Source of the DNA: Nitrosopumilus sp. | GTDB taxonomy: Archaea > Thermoproteota > Nitrososphaeria > Nitrososphaerales > Nitrosopumilaceae | Reading direction: 5' to 3' | Length of the DNA stretch: 64,000 bases | Assembly: GCA_965205425.1 (NCBI GenBank) | Contig: CBDBGZ010000008.1 | Span: forward strand, 128,001 to 192,000 | Shown here: piece by piece, positions 52,741 through 63,679 of the stretch | Position numbering within the stretch: the first letter of the stretch is position 1 | How the letters are laid out: each line of letters starts with the position of its first letter | The notes under the pieces: generated by a model | What the model saw: the letters and a program-made list of their open reading frames with translations, nothing else | The model's database searches: none | Told to the model about the DNA's origin: nothing | Translations under genes and position numbers: made by a program

Positions 52741-53604
52741 TTGTCAAAATATCAGTCACCTAAAGTTAATGTAAACATGAGTGCAGCAAAAGGAATTGTT
52801 GTAGGAATTATCATTCTAATAATTATTGGAGTAGTAGCAACAGCATCAGTCAAAATAGTAGATGCAGGTAATAGAGGAGTATTACTACATTGGAACGCAG
52901 TTGATCTTTCTGCTCCACCACTAGATGAGGGAATACATTTTCTAGTTCCTTTCCAAGACGATATTGTGCAAATGGAAGTTCGTACTTTGAAGTATGACGA
53001 AGATACTAGGAGTGCATCAAAAGACCTTCAGTCAGTAGAGACAACAGTAACTGTAAACTATCATCCAGATAAAGAACAAGTTCACGTATTGTTCAAAGAA
53101 ATTGGTCTAGATTATGAAAATAGAGTCATTCAACCAGCAATTGAAGAGACAGTAAAACAGGTAACTGCAAATTATAATGCTGAAGAATTAATCACAAAAA
53201 GACCATTAGTAAAATCAGACATTGAAAATGCAATCAGAGACAGACTAAATCAATTTGGTATTGTAACAGAGGTAATCTCAATTACAGATTTTGAATTCTC
53301 AGTATTATTCAACAAAGCAATTGAATCCAAAGTAGAAGCAGAACAGAATGCACTAAGGGCAGAAAATGACTTGAGAAGAATTCAAGTCGAGGCTCAACAA
53401 CATGAAGCTACAGCAGAAGGTCTTGCAGCAGCAAATATTGCCGAAGCCAGAGGGGAAGCAGAAGCAATTGCAATTATCAATCAAGCATTAGCTCAAAATC
53501 CAAATTACTTGGAATGGTTAAAAACACAAGCATGGGATGGTAAACTGCCTCTCGTTGTAGGTGAAGGCGGAACTCCATTTATACAAATTCCAGTTAAACC
53601 TTGA
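52741..53604 (+). CDS. prohibitin/SPFH (band 7) protein
   Basis: N-terminal TM, SKDLQ, AEELITKR, AIESKVEAEQ, WDGKLP; start uncertain. Confidence 0.9.
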   Translation: MSKYQSPKVNVNMSAAKGIVVGIIILIIIGVVATASVKIVDAGNRGVLLHWNAVDLSAPPLDEGIHFLVPFQDDIVQMEVRTLKYDEDTRSASKDLQSVETTVTVNYHPDKEQVHVLFKEIGLDYENRVIQPAIEETVKQVTANYNAEELITKRPLVKSDIENAIRDRLNQFGIVTEVISITDFEFSVLFNKAIESKVEAEQNALRAENDLRRIQVEAQQHEATAEGLAAANIAEARGEAEAIAIINQALAQNPNYLEWLKTQAWDGKLPLVVGEGGTPFIQIPVKP

Positions 53605-53694
53605 GTTGAATTATTAAAACAAAATAATCACATTTTTTTAGATTTTTAGATTCAATTTCGTAGATTAAAAAAAATTTGATGATGTGCAGTTGAA

Positions 53695-53850
53695 TTACTC
53701 TTTATAGTGAACCAAAAGAGAGTCACCCATAACTGGCATTACAGCAATTATGTTTTCACCTTTTTTAGATAAAAATTCATTTACTACATCTTGAAGATAT
53801 ACTCCATCAGACAAAGTCTTTGTTTCAAAATAACGAATTTTGTGAATCAT
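53695..53850 (-). CDS. 51-aa hypothetical protein
   Basis: MIHKIRYFETK...VVNEFL...LLVHYKE. Confidence 0.55.
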   Translation of the reverse strand: MIHKIRYFETKTLSDGVYLQDVVNEFLSKKGENIIAVMPVMGDSLLVHYKE

Positions 53851-53889
53851 TGTAGATAGTAAATGCATCAACTTAGAATATAAAATAAT

Positions 53890-54000
53890 CTATGAATATA
53901 ATTGAAATTTCTTTTTACAGTTTCCACAAAATCGCTGTTTAGTTTTACGACTTTCAGTACCTAAAATAGACCCACATCTATCGCATTTTTTCTTAATCAT
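53890..54000 (-). CDS. 36-aa zinc-finger microprotein
   Basis: MIKKKCDRCGS...FCGNCKKKFQLYS. Confidence 0.55.
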   Translation of the reverse strand: MIKKKCDRCGSILGTESRKTKQRFCGNCKKKFQLYS

Positions 54001-54033
54001 CTTGATTTATCCCCCGTACATTCTGACATCATC

Positions 54034-54996
54034 TTATTTGCTAATTTCTATGAAAATATTCTCATCTTGCCATTGGATGTTTTCCAAATCATCAAAGTTA
54101 TCAAGAAGATTTTGTTTGAATATGTCTAACGATTTTTTAAATTCTGACTTACTATACAGATCAAATGTAGAATAATGATTATTTTTTGCTTTGTCAACAA
54201 GATCTTCCAAACTGGATGTCCTACTGTGACCAAATACATTGGTCTGAACAATTTTCATATCTGCTTTTTCAGTACTTGGGAAAGTAAAATTTGATTCTTT
54301 GAATTTCGGTTAGTTCATACTGATTTCATGACGATATTTTTGTCAGTGCTATAATTTGAGCATGATATTTTCATAGGCACAAAATTAACATAAAAAAACT
54401 AGTGAAAATCGTACAACTGAAATCTACTTTCCCAAGTACTGTTTTTTAATGGCATACTGTAATTCATCAAATTCATACAAACGATCTTCCATTTCAGCAA
54501 ATAATGGGAAATACTGACCCCAAACATTTCTTGAATTTTGATTTCGTAAACGTGTGTAAATGAATGCACGACCGTCATATTTTAGACATTCATAGACTTC
54601 TGCCAGAAATTTCTGAATATCAAAATGATGTATGGCATTAAATGTGACAATGTAATCCACGGTATCACTTTCTAATGGTAGTTTACTCGCATCACCAGGT
54701 ACCGCACAAAAATTAAAGATGCCCTGATTCATTAAATGTGATTTTAGATATTTGATCATATTTTCATTAAAATCAATACAATGGAGATAGCAATCTTCTC
54801 CTAAACATTTTAAAAGTTCTAATGAATATCGCCCATCACCACAACCAATATCTGCCATAACAATTTGCGATTTTTTAGACAATTGATTTTTGATATATTG
54901 AATGTGATCCGTATCTGTTGTTCGTAATTCCTTGTATTTTGAAGCAATTTTTGAAAAATGACTGTCTGTTTTTTGCTGGCCTATAATATTACTCAA
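54034..54996 (-). pseudogene. class I SAM methyltransferase interrupted by MITE
   Basis: DIGCGDG; removing 54270-54441 and one TSD restores ...YAIKK-ADMKIVQ in frame. Confidence 0.88.
54270..54441. mobile_element. 172-bp ISH3-type MITE
   Basis: Perfect 17-bp TIR CAGTACTTGGGAAAGTA; 5-bp TSD TTTTT. Confidence 0.88.
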
Positions 54997-55254
54997 AACA
55001 TTCTCCCTATTTGCTCATTATCGAATTTCAAACAACTATGTAAAAGAATAAAATTTTCATGTATGAAATTGTCGTAATTAAAATAACTAAGACCTGAAAA
55101 TCTATTCATTAATTGAGCCCAGAGGGACTTGAATCGGGAGGATTCTAAATTGAACAGGATTCCAAAAAATCATTCTATTTTATGATGCCATCTTAACTAT
55201 AAACAGGTTTGCTTTGGATGTGTGAAAAATAAGAGTAAATGTCAATCTAAAAAA

Positions 55255-55395
55255 TCAATAATTACGATCCAGTCCTTTGACTTTTCTCCATTCTATATCA
55301 TGTTGTTTTTTACAAACTATGTGGTATCTATTACCTTTTGATTCAATGATTCCATCAGATATTACCATTTCTTGATTACACAAATTACATTTCAT
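55255..55395 (-). CDS. 46-aa zinc-finger microprotein (CxxC..HxxC)
   Basis: MKCNLC...YHIVC. Confidence 0.55.
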   Translation of the reverse strand: MKCNLCNQEMVISDGIIESKGNRYHIVCKKQHDIEWRKVKGLDRNY

Positions 55396-55703
55396 CCTAT
55401 TTTGAAATCTCTGTTATGATATTAAAGGAAAAGAATACCTCAGGCGTAATCACAATTCTTATTCTACATACAAATCTTCAATAATGATATTTTTATTTGT
55501 TAATGCATCACGAAATTTCTGGGACATAGTTTCATCCATTCGAGTTTTAAAAAATAGGAATTCTAATTCTAATCTTTTCAATCGATTCATCTCTGCTAGT
55601 TCTTCTTCTATTTTTTTAGTCATAATTTTATTACTACATCATTCCACTTAAAGATGATTATTTTTTCAATTACTACAAAATCTCATAAGAATTATAAAAA
55701 AAC

Positions 55704-55802
55704 TTAATTTCCTTTAACGGTAAACCCGCAATGACTACATAATTCATTTTCTTGAGTAGAGTAAGATAAACCACAATTTGAACAAATAATAAAATCTACC
55801 AC
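55704..55802 (-). CDS. 32-aa zinc-ribbon microprotein
   Basis: GTG start; CSNCG...CSHCG. Confidence 0.5.
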   Translation of the reverse strand: MVDFIICSNCGLSYSTQENELCSHCGFTVKGN

Positions 55803-56345
55803 ACATATCAAAGTAAACCCCATCATAAAAGCTCTTGTTTACATTATTCATCTCTAGTTTATTTTACATTACATGCACATGATAGTTTGAAAAACTAAAT
55901 TTGAAAATAATTTTAGTTAAGAGAATTTGAAAATTACACAAAACAATCTGCTTGTTCCATTTTTAAAATTACAATTACCCATGTAAAAGATGGGGAGGTG
56001 TGTTAATCCTATTTGTCTGATTTAGCAGAGTCATCTTTTTTTGGCTCTTCTTTTTTGTCATCGTTGGCAACGATAATTGTTGGGTTTGTTTCTTTATTTT
56101 CCATACTATATAGAAAGTTATAATCAATATATACCCGCATATTCAAATTTATAGTAAATAAAAAAAATATATAGGAATTTATGCGTAAAATCAAAAAATT
56201 ACGCCAGTATATATCAGAGACAAACTATAGAAAGTATGTTTAAAAAAATAATTGAAAAACTAAGATTTGGTTCTTGTAAAATCAAAACCACCGATGACGT
56301 AAATGCATTCAAAGAATCTGAAAAGAAATCTGAAGAAAAATCAAA

Positions 56346-56465
56346 ATGAAATACAGTTGTAAAGAATGCAACTTTCAATGGGAAGGAACATCATACACTT
56401 TTGAAAAAGTTCGTGAACATGAAAAAGAACATTTAGAAAAAAAGGAATTAAAACAAAAGAATTGA
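56346..56465 (+). CDS. 39-aa C2H2 zinc-finger microprotein
   Basis: MKYSCKECNFQWEG...FEKVREHEKEH. Confidence 0.65.
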   Translation: MKYSCKECNFQWEGTSYTFEKVREHEKEHLEKKELKQKN

Positions 56466-56471
56466 TAAAAA

Positions 56472-56600
56472 ATGTTCATGCGTTGTAAAGTTTGTAATAC
56501 ATCAAAAATTACAAATGAACAAATTAAGTCTAATTTCACATGGGAATGTAAAACTTGTGGGAATATTCTTGATGCACAAGGTCATGTAATTGTACCATAA
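56472..56600 (+). CDS. 42-aa zinc-ribbon microprotein
   Basis: CKVC...WECKTCG. Confidence 0.6.
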   Translation: MFMRCKVCNTSKITNEQIKSNFTWECKTCGNILDAQGHVIVP

Positions 56601-56696
56601 ACAATTCATTATGTATCATTATTCTCAAAAATAAGAATAAGTTAGTGTGTACTAACTTTACACTCCTTTAATACAAATGACATCCTAATCTAATTG

Positions 56697-56855
56697 ATGA
56701 AATCTTGTAGAAAATGTGGTTATGGAATGGAAGTGTATTCAAATTGCCATGTTTGTAAAAAACCAATTGAGTTTATTTGTCACAAATGTGATCTGAATAC
56801 AGACAAGGAAATTCATTCAGATTGTATGTCTGAAGAAATACAGGTTTTGGCTTAG
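56697..56855 (+). CDS. 52-aa double zinc-finger microprotein
   Basis: CRKC, CHVC, CHKC, HSDC. Confidence 0.65.
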   Translation: MKSCRKCGYGMEVYSNCHVCKKPIEFICHKCDLNTDKEIHSDCMSEEIQVLA

Positions 56856-56864
56856 TGAAAATTC

Positions 56865-57018
56865 TTGCCAATATTACAAAAGACGATAAAAGATGGAACA
56901 TATTGTGGTTACTGTAATGAATCTAAATTTGTAACAGATGCATTAATTGGAGAGTTAGTGTGTTCTAATTGTGGATATGTTATTTCAGAAAATGCTGAAG
57001 ACAGAGGAATAGAACGTA
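56865..57018 (+). pseudogene. tfb: TFIIB (TFB) N-terminal zinc ribbon truncated by IS630
   Basis: CGYC...VTD...GELVCSNCGYVISE...DRGIE. Confidence 0.75.
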
Positions 57019-58114
57019 TACCTCGGAGCATAATTCTTTGCAATTTTTCAAAACAAATAGCAATACTTTTTGATCAGTAGTTAGAAATAATTTCATGGAC
57101 ATCACAAATGACGAGTTACTCCAGGCCTACAAAAAAGAAAAGTACGGTAAGAAAAAGGAAAGACTGCATGCAATGTGTATAATTAAGATCAACGAATCCA
57201 CAATTGCTGAAACTGCCAACCAAATGTTTTGTACATACAATTCTGTAAGGAATTGGCTTGATTCATTTGAAAAATACGGACTAGAGGGCTTGGAGGATCT
57301 CCCTCGTTCTGGCCGTCCGCCATTAATCTCACATAAAACATTACAAAAGATAGAGCAGGAATTTAAGAGAATTTCAGACGGCATGACTCCAAAAAAACTG
57401 ATACAATTCATATTTTACAGAACACGCATTACATATCATATCACTCATGTGCGTCGTTTGATGCACAAATGGAATCTAAAACCAAAGGTTCCACAAAAGG
57501 TACATGTACGAGCAGCATCCAAGGATACATGCCGCAAGTGGAAAAACCGCATCATTTCACGCATAGAAAAGGCAAAAAAGAAAGGTTTTACAGTATTCAT
57601 CCAAGACGAGTCTGTATTTGTAGACGATGTGTGTCTTGGTAAAAAATACTGGACAGATGCACACCAAAGATTAATTGTACGTTGGAGAGGATCGCACCAA
57701 AGATTTTTGATTTATGGGATGGTGACAGATGGCAATCAAAGTTTTTTTAGATCGTATGAAAAATTTAATTCAATTGCATTTATGGATTATTTGGAGGCAG
57801 CTCGTAGAAAATTTGGAAAAATATTTGTTATCGTCGATAGAGCACCACAACACAAAGCTAATGATGTAAAAGAATATCTGCGTAAAAACAAAGCTGTCAA
57901 ACTGGCATATCTTCCAAGAGGTTCCCCGCATTTGAGTATGATTGAAGAGATTTGGAGACAGTGCAAACATGTTAATGTTGAATCAGAATTTTATGAATCT
58001 ATTCATGAGATGAGACATACAGTTATGGAATATTTTAGAACGCACAAATTTAATTTGAATATGTATCAGTATTTTGCAAGAACAGTAAATTGAAAAGACT
58101 TATGATCTGGGGTA
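57019..58114 (+). mobile_element. IS630-family IS type B
   Basis: Imperfect TIR TACCTCGGAGCATAA / TTATGATCTGGGGTA, flanked by TA on both sides. Confidence 0.85.
57095..58093 (+). CDS. IS630 transposase, single ORF
   Basis: RSGRP, QDES, DRAPQH, SPHLSMIE. Confidence 0.9.
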   Translation: MDITNDELLQAYKKEKYGKKKERLHAMCIIKINESTIAETANQMFCTYNSVRNWLDSFEKYGLEGLEDLPRSGRPPLISHKTLQKIEQEFKRISDGMTPKKLIQFIFYRTRITYHITHVRRLMHKWNLKPKVPQKVHVRAASKDTCRKWKNRIISRIEKAKKKGFTVFIQDESVFVDDVCLGKKYWTDAHQRLIVRWRGSHQRFLIYGMVTDGNQSFFRSYEKFNSIAFMDYLEAARRKFGKIFVIVDRAPQHKANDVKEYLRKNKAVKLAYLPRGSPHLSMIEEIWRQCKHVNVESEFYESIHEMRHTVMEYFRTHKFNLNMYQYFARTVN

Positions 58115-58116
58115 TA

Positions 58117-59078
58117 CGACTCAACATCTCATCACGGGGTTGACTGTGATGCCGATATTGTATGCAATCATGACGTTGGTTATGTTCCGGGCAAAACCTG
58201 ACGGCGTACTTTTTGCAAAATACCCAGTCTTTGTCCTAGCTCCGATACTGTTTGTTGCATGCTATTTTGTGACATCTGATGTACTGGCATCTGCTGCAAT
58301 ATCATGCGCAGTGCCATGTGTGATTAATGGCAGGTCTGTATCGTCTCAGCTACGTCACATCAGATCACTTAATGATCATTATCCTATATTCATTCGGGAT
58401 TTGATTGAATCTCGCAAGGTCAACCCCAATTTTGTCATGTCGATAAGAAAAATACTTGACAGCACTGATTTGGATGCAATGTATGGCTCATATGCTGATG
58501 TACTAAAACAGATACGTTCGCGTCTAAAGCATAGTGACTATAACGAGTATCTTATTTATGACCATACCATTCCGTCTTGGAGGTTGAGGATGCTCATGTT
58601 TGTCCTTCAGACAATATATGATGCTGACAGGGGCGATATCCAGACACTTGAACGAATGCACAAATTTATTGTAAAGATAAATGACATTAAAAACAACCTA
58701 TCGGATTCCATACTGTTATCATCTTTGATGTTGTACCTTACGGCTCCGTTATTTTTTATTGTACTTGTTGGCATGTCTGTGTTTATGAGCTCATTTACAT
58801 TTTCAATACCTGAACTCCCGGAGAATTTGCGGGGTTCTGCAGAACTTGCTGGTTTGTTTGAGCGTCCGGATTTTACCAATCTGCTTGATTCGTTAAGACC
58901 TGCATTTTTTGTAATGTCAATATGTTCTGGCATTACAATATCACGTGTCACATATGCATCATTTTATGCCACGTTGCCAATAGGAATATGCATGTCCTCT
59001 GCATTTGTAATTCTTGCAGGATGGGACTTGTTTTTTGATATTCTGTTTGATCTGTTATCTACGCTTTTTTCACCTTAA
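58117..59078 (+). pseudogene. type II secretion F / TadC(FlaJ)-like membrane platform protein, 5'-truncated
   Basis: Frame open up to the IS end; YPIFIRDLIES followed by TM helices. Confidence 0.6.
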
Positions 59079-59139
59079 ATAGTATTTTATTTCCACAATT
59101 CAATGAATGTGACTAAGGAAAATATCTTATGGCTTTCGA

Positions 59140-60165
59140 GGGTGTGTCCTAAAAGTAGACAAATATAACAATTTTATTCAATTCTGTAACATATTGATCG
59201 CATGGAATCACAACAACTATGCAAAACAAATCAAAAAGAGACTGGCAAGTATATGGCACATATCGCAAGGATGAGGAGATTCTATTCTTGGAAAAAGTAA
59301 AGAAGACAGTTTGGAGTATGGATACACCATGGGAACCAAAGACAGGCGGACGTCCTGCATTTCCAACAAAAGCAAAGATAATGTGTGCAATGCTAAAGGT
59401 AAAGTTTGGATTGGATTATTGTTCCATGGAGTCCCACTTGAGATCAAGGCCGGATCTGTTGGAAATAATGGAGCTCAAAAAAGCACCAAGCAAGACTGTC
59501 ATTAATGACAGTCTAAAAAGAATTCCAATGCCTTATTTGAAAAAGGTAAACGCAAAACTCACAGAACCAATCAAAAAAAAGACATAGCTCCTGACAGTTC
59601 AGGATTTGGTACCAAAAGATGTGAGGCTTGGTTTGACATCAAGACAAACACGCACAAATCCAAGAAATTATATCTAAAACTGCACATCCTAATTGCAATA
59701 CAGTCCATGGCAATAGTATCTTTTGACATTACTAAAGGAACTCGTGGTGATGCACCAATTCTCAAAAAACTAATCAAAGACATTCCAAAGGGAATTGGTG
59801 ATTTTTGTGCAGATCCTGCATATTTGTCACGAGACATTTGCAATATGGTAGCTACTCTGCAAAAGATACCATACATCAAACCAAAGAAGAACACAGTTAG
59901 AAATCCCAAAGGCTCTGCATCATGGAAAAAAATGATAACATTATTCCAGGACAATCAAGATGAATTTGACAGACATTATCACAAGAGGTCACTTGTTGAA
60001 TCAGTATTTGCAGTACTCAAAAGAATCTTTGGAAATAGCTTGTCATCAAAAAACAAGTTGGTTCAAAGAAAAGAGTTGGCGTTGCGTGTAATTTGTTACA
60101 ACATACGAGTTGTTAATTTGATGGGGGTTACAAAACATGTTAGAGGATAGTTTTAGGACACACCC
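59140..60165 (+). mobile_element. IS5-family IS copy 2 (1026 bp)
   Basis: Perfect 15-bp TIR; 2-bp TSD GA. Confidence 0.92.
59219..60150 (+). CDS. IS5-family transposase (probable -1 frameshift)
   Basis: As copy 1. Confidence 0.85.
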
Positions 60166-60264
60166 GAAAGAGAGGAAATGTATAAAAACAATTCACATGG
60201 ATAAATTGTGGTTTTTTCTCAGAGTAGAAATTTTTCTGGTCGTATGTGTTTTTGTTCACATACT

Positions 60265-61583
60265 CAGTAGATGGGAAAGTAACTCAATTTAGATCAAAAA
60301 CTATCAATTATTCAATCAATCTATTCAGATAGAAAAAGCTTGATGAAAGTATGTCACTCCATCAAATATGCATTGTACTTCATTTGATACCATGACACAC
60401 CAAGGCGTGATACTATCTAAAGCATTTGAGATTATCACTAAAATAATGTACAATATCTTGTTGTTTCCATGCTCTAGTAAAAATAACTCACGGTTCCACA
60501 ATGCAGACGCACATAATTCTATCATGTCATTGTGTTTGGGAAATTCATATTCTGAATCTGGATTAAAGAGACTGGCAATGGAATCCCAGAATCATTCTCC
60601 AACTGGTTCATGGTTGAGAAAAATCATATCAAAAATATCACAAAAAACAATGCAAATTCAATTACATCGTTCACTGGATAGTACAGTATCAAAATTACAA
60701 GAATTGGGAGTATTGGAGCAACCAGTTACTGTGGCAATTGACAAACATCTAATCCCAAGATATGACAAATTGCCAAACCATTCTTTAATAAAATCAAAAT
60801 CAAAAAACAGTACTACTCATTTTGAGAGTTACTGCACCATGCAGTGCGTTGAAAAAAGAATCAGGGCTCAACTAGGTTGTTATCCTTTGTATGACAACAT
60901 ATCAAATGCCGGTTTTGTGCGTAAATTACTCTCTGATGGCATCAATAATGGAATCAAGATTAAACTATTGCTAGTGGATAGGGAGTTTTTCACAGCTGGA
61001 ACAATTTCAGAAATAAAACAAAAGAATCTGAAATTTCTAATGCCTGCAAAAAAGAATTCTCGAATCAAAGATGCAATTGTACAATACGTTAATGGAGATA
61101 GAAAGTCAATCTCGCCATACACAATAAAATCATCATCAGGACATGTAGAATCATTTAATCTAGTTATTCTACCAAACAAAAATGCAAGAAAAAAATCAAA
61201 TATTATTGATCAGTATGTTGTGTTTGCAACAAACGTTTCACCAAAAGAAATATCATATAACATACAAAACATTCCAACTGATTACAAGAAACGTTGGGGA
61301 ATTGAAACAGGATATGCATGTGTGGGAAGGTTCAGACCAAAAACCACCAGTTCAAACCAATCCATAAGATTGTTGTATTTTTACTATTCATTGATTTTGT
61401 ACAATGCATGGATAATTGCTAATTTGATTATCTCAGAAGAAACTAATGTACAAAATCACAAACCAATAATATCAATTGAAATTCTCAAATATTTCTTTGT
61501 AAAGATAATTATTCATTACTTTAGAAATAACAAAAATAATTATTTTCTAGAATGTGTAATTTGATGTACTTTCCCATCTACTG
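60265..61583 (+). mobile_element. ISH3-family IS copy 4 (intact)
   Basis: TIRs; 5-bp TSD ATACT. Confidence 0.93.
60368..61564 (+). CDS. ISH3 DDE transposase
   Basis: 398-aa uninterrupted ORF with YKKRWGIETGY. Confidence 0.92.
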   Translation: MHCTSFDTMTHQGVILSKAFEIITKIMYNILLFPCSSKNNSRFHNADAHNSIMSLCLGNSYSESGLKRLAMESQNHSPTGSWLRKIISKISQKTMQIQLHRSLDSTVSKLQELGVLEQPVTVAIDKHLIPRYDKLPNHSLIKSKSKNSTTHFESYCTMQCVEKRIRAQLGCYPLYDNISNAGFVRKLLSDGINNGIKIKLLLVDREFFTAGTISEIKQKNLKFLMPAKKNSRIKDAIVQYVNGDRKSISPYTIKSSSGHVESFNLVILPNKNARKKSNIIDQYVVFATNVSPKEISYNIQNIPTDYKKRWGIETGYACVGRFRPKTTSSNQSIRLLYFYYSLILYNAWIIANLIISEETNVQNHKPIISIEILKYFFVKIIIHYFRNNKNNYFLECVI

Positions 61584-61871
61584 ATACTCTACAACTGAGC
61601 GAATATTCTCAACTGGAAGTGATTCAATTGGTGAAAAATCAATGTCTAGTTTTAGGTTTGATTCTACGATTCCCCTAACTGATGCCAACACATGGGAGTT
61701 TTGAGTTTTCAGTGTTGTGTGTTTATCCAAATTTTTAAAATTTGATGCAAAATCCCCAAACTTTTCTGGATGGTCTTTCATGTCTACTCTCTGAAAATAA
61801 CCAGGTGGATATAGGATAGTGCTGACCTAAGACTGTCTGGTTATGATTTTGTAAATTGATCAAATGTGATT

Positions 61872-63017
61872 TAGTTTAGGCATATAAATTTTGAATAAAC
61901 TGTCAAGTATTTTAACTCAAAAGATCTAGATCGTAGAATCAATTCATGAAACCATGTCAAAGAGTACAAGACAATCCAAGGTTTCCTCTGGAAATCAATT
62001 CATGAAAGGTACAAGCATTAATTTTTTAAGAAAAGTATGCAAGAATGAAAAAAATGCAAAAGCAAAGATAAGATTAAAGGCTGCAATACTAAGAAAACAA
62101 AATATTCCGTATTCTGTGATATGTGCAAGTCTGGATGTCATACCATCAACTCTGTCCTACTGGCTAAATCGAATGGATGAAGAGGGAATATCTGCATCAC
62201 ACCGCAAGAAATATTCTGGTTCTAGATGTTTTCTAAATGAAAAACAGCTAGTATCATTAAGAAATGATCTGATTTCAGGTCCAGAAAAGTTTGGATTTAA
62301 CCAATTCATGTGGAGTATAAGAATGGTAATTACACATGTGAATAAAAAATACAACACCCTATACTCTGCAAGAGGAATGCGTGAATTGCTGCACAGAATT
62401 GGATTCTCATCAAAAAAACCACGTCCCACACATCACAAATCAGCCTCAAAAGAGGAACAAACCCGTTTTAAAAAAACGCAAAAAGGAGTATCAAAAAATA
62501 TTCCAAATTGGGATACACCACACTATGTCTGGATGAGTCAACAAACAAGATAGCACCTAACATAAAGCGCGGATGGTATCTTGCAGGCAATAACATTACC
62601 ACACCAATTAATTACACTCGAGAAAAATTTCAATCATTTGGTGCATTGGGGGATGACGGCGTATTTTTTTGTAGGTTCTATGATAAATCAAACACAGACT
62701 CATTTCTTGATTTCTTAAAATCCTTGCAGAAACAATTTGGTAAGAAACTGTTATTATTTGCAGACAATGCATCATACCACAAAAGTGTCAGAGTAAAAGA
62801 ATTTCTCAAGAAATCAAAAAGAAATGTAATCATAAGATATTTTCCTGCATACACCCCAGAACTCAATCCAATTGAGGTACAGTGGAGAGAAGAGAAAAAT
62901 GGTAATGCCAATACATTCTTTGCAAATGGAACTGAGATGAGAAAACACATGCAGAAGAGATTAGATAATGGAGACGTTCGAGTTGTGAAATTATTCAAAT
63001 ATTTAATGCCTTAACTA
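61872..63017 (+). mobile_element. IS630-family IS type A copy 2 (1146 bp)
   Basis: Same ends as copy 1; flanked by TT/TT. Confidence 0.92.
61954..63014 (+). CDS. IS630 transposase (orfA/orfB, probable -1 frameshift)
   Basis: As copy 1. Confidence 0.88.
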
Positions 63018-63679
63018 TTGTAACTCTTTTACAAATGAATGACTCTTGAAAACTATCTGAATCCAGGCAAACTTTGATAGTTGAATTGTATTTGCAATCT
63101 GTGTAATGATTAGATGGGCTTTAGATTGATCAAAGACAGTACTGAAATGTCCATGTTTGTATCCTACATCAAAAATCTGATAATCTTCTTTTGATTTTTC
63201 AAACCATTCAGGTTCTAAATTATTAATATCTTCAAAGTCAATGTTTGGGTACATGTTGTAAAATGCCTGCTTGAATTTGTCCAGGTCAAGAGTTGATGCA
63301 ATTAGTACGATTTGCAGTTCTTGTTTTTCTGAATCCCACCAGATTTCTAATGAGCGAATTCCTGCTGAAATCACACCTCCCACGTTGTTTATGGCAGCTT
63401 TGATATCCATTGTTGTAGGAATTGATACCAGACATCCGGCAAGCTCAGTATCCATACCTAGGAATTTGTCTGTTTTATCGAGTAATCCTGGAATATTTTT
63501 AGAATTTGCCAGCTTCCAAGTTCCCATGAATTAAAAAGGGATTTTATAATTTAAGGTGAAAATTGTTTTAATGAAATTAGAAAAAAGGCTAGTTTAGTGT
63601 AGAACTAAACTCGTCTGAAACACGATGTCATGCATAGAACATTTTACTAATTAAATGTTGCAGCAAGCCCAGAACTATG

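Larger units (their letters stand above)
59127..63527 (-). pseudogene. hypothetical gene interrupted by IS630, ISH3 and IS5
   Basis: Frame continues across each IS after removing TSDs; one further frameshift near 61785. Confidence 0.6.
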
